A stretch of DNA of 62,118 nt, counting the filler, from Choristocarpus tenellus KU-1152 (lineage: Eukaryota > Protista > Phaeophyceae), in assembly GCA_964200185.2 (NCBI GenBank). It is 11 parts of 11 records of this genome, joined end to end, with 100 filler letters (N's around TTAATTAATTAA, not from the genome) between each part and the next. Parts side by side here need not be neighbours in the genome. Positions count along the whole stretch, not along the records: positions 46,108 to 51,258 come from CAXNAD020011697.1; positions 51,359 to 54,272 come from CAXNAD020023687.1; positions 54,373 to 59,315 come from CAXNAD020012438.1; 8 more parts are not named here. The stretch is one strand, 5' to 3'. The notes below the pieces were generated by a model. The model was not told the DNA's origin. It saw only the letters and a program-made list of their open reading frames with translations, and did not search any database. Of the stretch, positions 49,774 through 59,415 are shown piece by piece (positions within the stretch are counted from its first letter, which is position 1; each line of letters opens with the position of its first letter). The position numbers were made by a program, and so were the translations under genes.

Positions 49774-49880
49774 GATTTGGTTGCATGCGTCAGATGGATA
49801 ATGTAAGTGCACTTCTTCTGGTCAGGACCCGAATGGACAGCCTGGTGTAGACTCCCTCCCCCTCCCAGATACGTTGAGTC
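49774..49880 (-). mobile_element. MITE family A, partial inverted copy
   Basis: GATTTGGTTGCATGCGTCAGATGGATAATGTAAG...CCCAGATACGTTGAGTC. Confidence 0.8.
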
Positions 49881-49899
49881 TGTTTCGAGTGAGGACCAT

Positions 49900-50120
49900 A
49901 TCAAATACCATATAGAAGACCTCTCTGTTTTGACCCGCATTAATGTTGTGCGTGATGGATTGCTGCCATTGAAACGTCCAAAAGGGCCTACTAACCTCCA
50001 GGAACACAATCGTGACCACACCCCACTCGGATTCACCCTATGGAAAGGTACCGTTCCAGCGACTGTAAAGACAGTCACGGTTATTTCGAAGGGTTTGAAC
50101 TACTGGGCTATCATATATTT
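49900..50120 (+). mobile_element. Possible non-LTR (LINE) RT N-terminal fragment
   Basis: KRPKGPTNLQE...TLWKGTVPATVKTVTVISKG resembles KAPGPDG...IWxxGxVPxxWKxAxIxxIxK. Confidence 0.4.
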
Positions 50121-50145
50121 GACAACAAGAAACCTACCAAGACTA

Positions 50146-50219
50146 CATAAACCCGTGGGAAGCCAAGCCCCAAACGGACAAACAGGGAAAAACACGCGCC
50201 CTCTAAGATACTTTCACTC
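50146..50219 (+). mobile_element. MITE family B right-end fragment
   Basis: CCCGTGGGAAGCCAAGCCCCAAACGGAC...CCTCTAAGATACTTTCACTC. Confidence 0.85.
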
Positions 50220-51463
50220 ACAGTTGAACTACTAACAAATTGTCACTCTGACGATGGTCTAGAAGCTAGGAAGGAGTCCCATGAGTTCATCAAGCCCGCC
50301 TTGTCCATTGTTCTAGTGTCTCAAGCATGACATACAACGCACGCCTTTAGATTGCCACATGTGTTGTCACAGGCACAATCTCTTGCAGACGTTTTTTTCC
50401 GCCTTCCTACTAAACCCCCCAGCCCCCCAACTACCCAGTGCGAGAGTTGTCAGCTCTTCCTGAAATCGATCTGCTCGTGTGCAAAGACCCCAAAAACATT
50501 CTACCTTGAAAGTGTTGGGGTTGAAACTATGATGGTCAAAATTTCCCTCGCAGTCGTTTCCCTGTCGTTGTTCATAAGGTGAGTCTTGTAGGTGGTATTC
50601 AGCTTGAACCTCTGCGAAGGCCACACCCAGCTGTAGGCTCTTTTTCGTTTAAATGGCGATGACTTCGTTCAACAGTCCCCTAGCACGGAAAACCACATTC
50701 ATACGGAATTTCCTGTCAACGGTGAAGGGAGTTCCATCCTCTATGATGCGAATGATACCCATCCGCACCTGCAGAAGATACTGAGTTGCCTAATCATTTG
50801 TGCTTTATTATAAACATTTTACAGATGATGTTGTCATGGTTGTTGTGTCCTATGTCTTGGATGTTTTTTTTTTTTGTATATGAGCATGTAACAATAGTGG
50901 TACGTGGCACTTAGAAGAGAAACATTTCTTGGAAAGCTAAGAAAACAAGAATTCAGAGCCTACGTTTTTTCATTATTTACCTTCTGATAAACCGAATGAG
51001 AGTTGTAGTGTATTTAAAACTAGAAAACAAGAACCTGCTAAGACAGATACGGGTGAACTACTCTTAAATTAAGCACCACTATGAAGGCGATCTAGAAACA
51101 AGAGTCACAAGTCTCTTAAGCCCTGCATCTTGCCCATCGATTTGGTGTCTCAAGATTGAAATGAAGCACTTGGCCTTGAGATTGCCACTTGGTCTGTGAG
51201 GGACACAATCTGTCACACCTTCACTGGTCTCTGCCAACCCCCCTACACCCTCTGTCACNNNNNNNNNNNNNNNNNNNNNNNNNNNNNNNNNNNNNNNNNN
51301 NNTTAATTAATTAANNNNNNNNNNNNNNNNNNNNNNNNNNNNNNNNNNNNNNNNNNNNCGGGCTGACTGACGATGAACCAAACAAAGGAAACACGGCAAC
51401 AACTTGGTAGATCAGAAGAGTCATCAGGCGATCATGGAACAACGACAACACTCCATCACTCAC

Positions 51464-51903
51464 TGTTGGCAATTAGCCTCTCTTCTGCTTGGTTGAACTC
51501 CATGTAGACCTGCATCATGAAAGCGTGTTCGTGATCAAACTCTCTCTTCAACACCGTTATTCTATGGTTTCCATCCAGTGTTTGTCCTTGAATGGCAAGT
51601 ACAGTGTCGGCAGTGAGCTGGTCCCCGTTGCCTAAGCAGTCTCGTTGGATGACGACGGACGGAGCAAACTGCTCAAGCCAGCCTTTTTCACGGATGGACT
51701 TGCTTGACGCGCGCAAGGCCACGCTCGCTCAGGGGACGCACCATCTCCGTGCATGTGATGTTGCCGAGTTTCATCTTGTACATACCAAGGTAGTGATGTT
51801 CGAGGAGCGAGGACATGCCCTTGGCATTGCTGTCCGACGCTCTCAATCCATGGGCAGCGCCATTGGCACGCAGGGGGGTCGTTGTTGAGCGAATGTTGGA
51901 CAT
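51464..51903 (-). CDS. ParB/Sulfiredoxin-like domain protein, first exon, with a 1-nt frameshift near 51700
   Basis: Joining ORFs 51688-51903 and 51456-51722 gives VRPLSERGLARVKQSIREKGWLEQFAPSVV...QTLDGNHRITVLK, the ParB N-terminal pattern (R..L..SI...G..P / DGxHR). Ends at a GTGAGT donor, followed by a ~100-nt intron with a pyrimidine tract. Confidence 0.7.
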
Positions 51904-52074
51904 GGCGAAGATTGGGAAGGTGTGACGGGGATAGATAAGAAAGAGCTGCTTGTGGTATGTGCGGAAGGGAAGGAATGGAAATGAGGAGTGAGGGCTGGGA
52001 GGTGCTGCTTTATTTCATCTGGTCGGTCGGTGCCCAAAGAGCCCAGATTTCTCTTTCCATTGATAATTGTGCTC

Positions 52075-52862
52075 TAAAAAATATGAATATCGAACAGTAT
52101 ACGATTTTATATTTAAAACAGATAGAGAGTATCAGTTTTTTGTGACCTTTTCGTTTCGGAACGTTTCAAACGTATTAGATCAATGAAGTATGTGGTTTGT
52201 ATTTGTATTTGTTGATATATTAAGAATAGAATATTTTTATTATTTCACAAAAACCCTAATGTACGTGTTTTGACGGTTCAAGGGTTTCGGGTGGTTCGAC
52301 GGATCGCCCGAAACTCAAAAACCGCCTTTTGTCGACTTTTGTATTTAAAAAAATACAATTGTCGACAAAAAGTGGTTTTAGTATATAAAAAAATTATAGG
52401 GTACCAGTTTTTTGTGGCCTTTTTGTTTCGGAACATTGGAAACGTATAAGACCAATAAAGTACGTGCTTTGTATTTTAAAAAAAATTAAGAACATACATT
52501 ATCGGATTTACTATTTCTAAATACCCTAATGCACGTGTTTTGGCGGTTCAAGGGTTTCGCGTGGTCCGATGGATCCCCCGAATCTCAAAAACCGCTTTTT
52601 GTTGACATTTGTATTTAGAAATACAAATGTTGAACAATATAAGATTTTGTACTTAAATCAATTGGAGGGTGTCAGTTTTTTTTTACCTTTTGGTTTCGGA
52701 ACATTGGAAACGTACAAGATCAATTAAGGATGTGCTTTGTATTTTTAAAAATTGAAATTACGAATAGAATCGAATTTTTAATTTCTAAAAACCATAATGT
52801 CCGTGTTTTCCGGACCATGGATCTCAGGGTGGTCCCATGGATCGCCCAGAGGCCAAATACCG
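52075..52862. repeat. Three ~270-bp AT-rich tandem repeats containing long palindromes
   Basis: GTTTCGGAAC at 52153, 52426 and 52693. Hairpins at ~52318-52378 (AAACCGCCTTTTGTCGACTTTTGTATTT / AAATACAATTGTCGACAAAAAGTGGTTT) and ~52599-52637. Confidence 0.9.
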
Positions 52863-52941
52863 TTCATATGCCCAGCTTCGAATTCAATTCACTCCTAGAC
52901 CTTCTCACTGCCCAACTGACCACTTGTTGCCCGAAAACACC

Positions 52942-53414
52942 ATGACAGTTGCTCCCACAGCAAGGGGGTGGCTATTGCCGCCTGCGCCGCCCCCTGTATT
53001 GCCCCCTTATCAGCCCGCCAACAATGATGCGCTGGGGCTTTCTATCAATGACGCTTCAGCGACCGGTGCCAAGCTTCGCCGAGAATGGGCTCAACCCATC
53101 CCGGTCAACGAACAGGGTGATTGCTGCAAGTGCTTAGCCTGTGCGAAGAAGTTCGCGGCAGATATCGAGTCCTTCCTTGCCCGCACATTGGCCAAAGAGC
53201 AGGACATCTGGGCGTGTGAGAAACGCCGCGATTGCAAGCACTTCGTTGGTGACCATGTACCTGTGATTAAGTTGGGGCCTGGAGGCGGATCTATGCTCGC
53301 GGCCGGCATTCCAGTTTGTACGCAGTTTTTCAAGGCATCGTTCAGGATATCCAATTATGTCATCGACACTTGCAAAGGTACACCTAATGCAAGAGCATCC
53401 TACGGCGTGGAGAG
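52942..53414 (+). mobile_element. Sola-like DNA transposase N-terminal exon
   Basis: CCKCLACAKKF...IW...GIPVCTQFFKASFRISN matches the Cys cluster + VCxxFFxxxxxIS signature of Sola-type transposase N-termini. Ends at AG|GTGGGT. The catalytic region is not visible. Confidence 0.55.
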
Positions 53415-54765
53415 GTGGGTTTGATGTATGTACACAAGTGTTATTTGTACCCGGTATTGTTTCGACATGCGGCAAACTTGTTGGGAACGGCAAAAAGATT
53501 CCTACTAAGGTCTTGACAGTTCTACGGTCTGCTATCAACGTGAGGGAAAGGGGGGTTTTGTGGGAGGAGGACAGAAGACTAAATTCAAGGGACGAGGAGA
53601 AGTAATGGGGGGGGAGAATGGGGACGAAAAGGAGGACAACACCGACGACGACAAGGAGGAGGACGAGGAGGAGGATGAAGAGGAGGAGGAGGACGAGGAG
53701 CAGCAGAAGGAGGACGAGGACGATGAGGACGATGAAGATAAGGAGAACCTCGGTACGGGGAAGGGGAGGGGGGCGTCGGCCGGTGCAGGTGCATGTACGG
53801 GGGTGCCCTTGCAGACAGCCGTGGAAGGACCAGTCCTTGAGGCGGATACAGGACAGAGCTGTACGGTGGCACGGAAGAGACCTTTGGCTCCAACGCAAAC
53901 ACTGGAGCCAAATACGCAGGTTAGGTTTACCGCTGCACACTTTCAGCCCCGTCGCGGTGCTAGAGAAATGTAGAGACGCCGGATTAGCAAGCATGTGGCA
54001 GATATTCGTGTAAGTAAAGTATACCTCGTAGGCCTCTTGGAGAATGAGCGGTGTGTATTGAGAGCCGAGTACACATATTTGTTGTGGCAGATAGTAATAA
54101 CTGCCGCGGGTGATGGCGGCGACAACATGTGTTTAGTTTAATCCATGACAATGTTTTCAGAGCGTTCCAAGCAGCATGTTGTTGTTGCGATACATAGTAG
54201 AAGGGGGTTTTGGTTGCATGGCAGTCGTAGTCCTTTGTTTCCATTCATGATTTTGAGCCTCCTTCAATACGGNNNNNNNNNNNNNNNNNNNNNNNNNNNN
54301 NNNNNNNNNNNNNNNNTTAATTAATTAANNNNNNNNNNNNNNNNNNNNNNNNNNNNNNNNNNNNNNNNNNNNGATTGAGACACACTTGGGGTAAGCATTT
54401 GCCCCCGGGTGTTTACGCCATGTCTGCCAGGTGTGATGCAAGGATGGATGTAAGAGACTAGTCCAGCACAAGGTCAAATTGGGGGGGGGGGGAGAGGAGA
54501 GGTTGGGACAAAAGGCTGCGTTGCATACACAACATACTAGGGTAATTAGTTGACACGCTGAGCACTGTGTGCAGGAAGTACGTGTACCTACTTATTTGCA
54601 GTTACGATAGTTTGAAGAGAATAATGCAAAGGTTGGGTGTTTGGTGTTAACTTTAATTGACAATTTCCATTGAGCCGTCAATAGTTGGATTTTATTGATG
54701 TCTTTTCGGAGCCCTCCGTGCGAAAGCGATTCTACTGCCTGCAGGAATGGAGTGTGTAATTGTAC

Positions 54766-55584
54766 CTCGAGTCCTGTAAAGGACGCCTCGCTTGTAACGT
54801 CATATACCAAGAGAGATCCTTTCGCCTTACGGTAATACGTCTTCATCATCGAAGCGTAACGCTCTTGGCCGGCAGTATCCCAGATCTGCTCAAATAGCAA
54901 GCCGGTGGTGGTTTCATGCATGAAGATGGTGTTGGAAAGGAGTTAAGAGGCATTTTTAAGCAATGGTAAATTGCTGTTGTTGTAACAGCGAGCGATGACA
55001 TCCTTGCCCCATCGAAGGGTGGTCGTCGGCGCCTACTGCACATCGATTTGATTCAAATAAGACTTGAGCCAACGCAGAATGTGAGGTGGTTTGTTGGGCC
55101 ATGACGGAGAAGTCACACAGATACAGAGTCAGCATGTACGTAGGAGGGTTTCTAAATACCAAGGGAGTATATTGGTGTAGCAGTGTCCCAATAAGGTAGG
55201 CATAGGAAGCGAAATCTATTCTAGATAGTCATACCTGTAGCTTAACTGGAACCCCGTCGACCTCCATTCTCTTTGTCACAAACTCCACCCCTACCGTGCT
55301 TTCGAAATCTTCACAGAACTCGTTGGTATGGAATCGTGCAATGAGGTTGCTTTTCCCAACACCGCTATTTCCGAGGAGGATAACCTGAAGGCTTGGGACA
55401 AAATGGGTGAGTGGGATTCATGCCAACTGAGTGCACAAGAACACCAAATCCTCCTGTGCACAAGAGAATTTCGCAGCAAGGAAAGAGTACCCGTGCCAAC
55501 TATAGGCATCCATCCAAAAACACAACTCAAGAAATAAAATAATATCTGGGGGACCGACCGCACCTTCAATGGCTCCTCCGCCAT
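54766..55584 (-). CDS. Rab-family small GTPase, 5' part (exons 55584-55564, 55384-55235, 54885-54766)
   Basis: MAEEPLK|[24 protein letters not shown]|[25 protein letters not shown]: G1-G3 and RabF motifs, phase-0 GT-AG introns. Confidence 0.95.
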
Positions 55585-56312
55585 GTCGGAATCCTGGCAA
55601 GGAATTGTTGCCCAGAGCCCCTAGCGGTTAACTCTGAAGGACCCACTGAAAAATGAAGAGTGGAAGAGGCAACCCAACTTTGGTTACAGAGACAACACTA
55701 CTGTAGCAAGTGTGCTTTCACGGATCGATCAAAATCGGCTGTAATCATCAAACTTTGGACGAGTGTAAGAAAATGGAACACAGTGAAGAGGCCAACTGTG
55801 TCTTGTTTGTTGTAATTGGTGCTCGTCTATTCTTCTTGTCCCTGACCCGATTTAGATTTATTATATTTTGGTTGTTCCTCCAATTTCTATTTTTTTCCGT
55901 TTGAGTTGTGTGTGTCTGTGTATGTGTTTGTTTGAAGCAATATCATCGCCCTGTAGCACATCTGTGGCGCTCTGTGACCTTGACAAACACTTTTTCTTGT
56001 ACTTGATGACGAACTCTATGAACATATCATTTCGATCACGACTGAGCTGTCGTCCCAGCTATCTATCTGTCCGCCTTTTGCCCTGTCGCTGGCGTGAGTG
56101 CTCTTGGATTTAGATCTCCACTAAGTGGTGCTGGACCCACGGCATCCTCAGGAGGGCGTATGGTCATTGAGGTCTGACCTGTTGATCTGTCAACAACAGG
56201 ACTTAACATCAATTGTACTGTAATAGTCCCTGTTGTCCAGAGATCGACAGCGTGTCAGCTCGATATCATCACAATGCCTCACGGACGAGGTTCAATTTTT
56301 GCACCATCTTTG

Positions 56313-58411
56313 ATGGTGAAGTTTGCGCTTCTCATATGTATCTTCGCATCGTGTTCCACACTTACGTCTGGGTTCATGCCCACACCTCAAGGCTTTGCAA
56401 GGTACGATGATCTCTCTTTTAAATCGTTATCGATATGTGAAGGGGAGATCCCGATCAAAGGAAGGTGCAAATCAATAGCTCGATTCTCTCTGCTGTGTTG
56501 GTGTAGTCATCAACCGGGGTGGTCGCCCTTTTTTTCACCTATTAGTTGTGCGTGACACCCTGTCTAGTCGATCATGGTCACCTCGAGACACAGCACGCAC
56601 CCAGACTACGCAAACGACGTGACTGCATGGTGTTGATTACAAGAAGCGACCGTGCCCTTAGAGTTGCCCAAGCAGTAATAAGGTCTTAAGGGGAGGCCAA
56701 GGCCAAGCTCTTAAGTCTCGACTTCCTGATGATCTATAGACCCTTTGAGGCTGAATCTGCTGATGGACCAAATATGAACGCGGAAGGTTGGACTAGTACA
56801 GCTGTCTTCTCTAGAGCTAGAACGTTGCTAATAACGAGATTCTTCAATCTCTTACTTGCTCCTGTTTACCCAATCCTCGTCCTGAACATCAGTATAGAAG
56901 CAAAGCGTACGTCACTCCCAAGTTGGACCAGATTCAGCACCACCCCACCCATTCCCTGACCCTCATACTTGCATTCCCAACTACTTTCAACATCCCCTCC
57001 CGTCTCTCTAACCGACGGATCCCTGCCGAAGGCACCACCCCGCCTGTCCTCATCACTCCTATTTGCCATCCTTGTATCACCCTTCGATTTGTCTGCCCTT
57101 ATATGGTCCAGTGAGCTCACTACAGCTGCAAAGGCTAGACGAGTCTCACTGCCAGGGTGTCGGCAGGGTGTTGGTGGAACGAGGGGTGGCATTGCAAGCG
57201 TGAACATGGGTGCAAAGGACAGGACGAAGGGAACTGTGTGTTTAAAAATGGCAGCGAATCCAGAAGACCCGACATTTTCCATTGCTGTGCTTGGAGACCT
57301 GCACCTTGATCCTGCGTAAGGAACGGAGGGTTTTCTTCTCCCACCATTACCCCTTAGGCAGCAAAAGGAAAGAAAAAACTCAAATGTTTTGTGAACCTTC
57401 ATTGAGTCTCGGTGTGAATATGGTGTATGTAGTGTGTAGGCATGTGTGTAGGGACTTTTGAGATGTGCATTCCTTTTTCGTAAGGCAGTTATGGTTCCAC
57501 ACATCGCTGCCCGTTCACCATCCTTTTGCCAACCAAATACGTGTAGTTCTCTATGACGTCCCTCTGCAGTATGTCGCTTGGTGTGCTCGTTCGTCGTAGC
57601 CTGCTAAAACAAGATAAAAAAAAATGCTTTTATAAAAATTAAATTAAATTAAATTAAATTAAATTATTATTATTATTTTTTTAATGTTGAGGGATCTCGA
57701 CGCCTTCATCTGTGCGAATGAATGAATGAATGAATGACTTGTTGTTTTGAACGAAGCGTTACCCAATTTGGACGAGATCATTCATGAGAAAACTTCCTTT
57801 TTTTTCTTAAAAAACAAACTATTTTGTTACACATAGATAGCTCCAGTACTACTGCTGTCTACATACGGTACTACGGTACACTGCAATAGTGACGTTTTTC
57901 TCTTTTCTTTTTAAAATAAATGATGTATGCGACTCGAACTGCGTCGGATTTGCGGCTAGAGCTTTTGCCTTTCCTGCACCCTCCTGTGCACACCAAAGTA
58001 GGATAACTAGGGAAGAAAGAAGCTCGATCAGAGGTGGTGAGCATTTCCTCGTTTCATATTTTGATGGAAAAAACATCCTGTTTCATTTTATGTTCTTCTT
58101 GCCTGCTTTTCGAAGGTCTTCTGTAGCAGCGCACCTCTGTGTCTCATCATCTGGAGGCCATCGTCGATCTTGTGAAGTTCAGGGTCTGGATGTGTGTGCC
58201 ATACTTGTTCCTTTCTCACCAATTTGTCTCATACTCTGCATCCCTTTAGCCTCTGTGATACATTATTAATACACATATGCTTGTGTGCATACGCTTTGCC
58301 TCGAAAATATGTGTCCATATGGGGGTACATATACCCTGTGTGTGTTGCTGTTCGTGTAGAGACATGGGAGCTCATGAAGAGGCAAGGGACCACATTGTGC
58401 ACCACCTGGAG
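56313..58411 (+). CDS. Calcineurin-like metallophosphoesterase, probably plastid-targeted, 5' part (exons 56313-56401, ~57112-57315, 58360-58411)
   Basis: Signal peptide MVKFALLICIFASCSTLTSG-F followed by a transit-like segment; FSIAVLGDLHLDP|ADMGAHEEARDHI is metallophosphoesterase motif I (DxH). Exon phases are compatible. Confidence 0.7.
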
Positions 58412-59415
58412 GTGAGAGGACAATGCCTCGGCAATGCTTAGCAAACCCAATGATAGTGGCGTGTTACTACTCAATCAAGCCTGAAGTTCACAGTGGAGCA
58501 ATGGACAATTTCCTGATGTTGACCTGTGCGGAGTTATTTTGTCTGCCGCACAGCCTCCACTCCTCCAGAGACACAAGTTGCCGTTGGTCTTGTTTTACAG
58601 CAGAGGTCCGTTACTTTTTGATACCATAGTATGCAGCACCAATAGAGCTCTCTGGTCCAGCGGCCCCGATCGATGCTCCGCAGGGGGGTTTCCTAGTGTG
58701 CTTAGTGCGTGTATCTTGCGTTCTGTGTGTCGTGGTCGACCCTAACCCCGACTGTTGTTTCACTGCAAGGCATTTTTGCGTTAATAGTGAGTGAGTGTTC
58801 CCATGATGGTAGTATTGCCGATATCGTCCTCACTATGACCATCAATGACAGTGTTGCCCTCAAGTGTTCAAGACCACCGTACTCTTCAACCGGTGTGCTT
58901 ACGTCCATCCCCCCTCAGAGACCATATCTTACTACGGTTCGCTCACGTTTCGTTTCGTCGCTTGTAAATAATAAAAAAGCACCTCCAGCCAAGGGCGGTC
59001 TCTTTTATCGTGCTTTCGCGTGAATGCTCCCTGTTCCGATTTTCGAATTGTTCCGATTTTCGAGTTCTCATCAAGGGAGGAGATGCCTAGGGTGTGGATG
59101 GGGTGGGGTGGTCGCCGCGGGCGCCCGACGACTCGTAAAAAAAATGATTTTTTTTTTTTTTGGGTTGCAGATGTACGGCGCGGTAGGTAGGGTTTTTGCT
59201 TCAAGCGATAGTGGAAGGCGTGTTTTTGATATGTGCATTAAAGAAGGGGGCCCGTTCTCTCATTGGTTCGACTTCTGATGTACATTTATATATGTGTGTG
59301 CATGCGGGAGGGCGGNNNNNNNNNNNNNNNNNNNNNNNNNNNNNNNNNNNNNNNNNNNNTTAATTAATTAANNNNNNNNNNNNNNNNNNNNNNNNNNNNN
59401 NNNNNNNNNNNNNNN

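Noticed and set aside
53134-53994. 286-aa minus-strand ORF with a long hydrophobic run
   Set aside because: The poly-Leu/Val stretch is the reverse complement of the GAG/GAC acidic repeat, so it is not evidence of a membrane protein.
51359-54272. Bacterial or plasmid contamination as the source of the ParB-like ORF
   Set aside because: The ORF ends at a GTGAGT donor followed by a pyrimidine tract and AG, and its neighbour looks like a eukaryotic transposase. Not fully excluded without read-coverage data.
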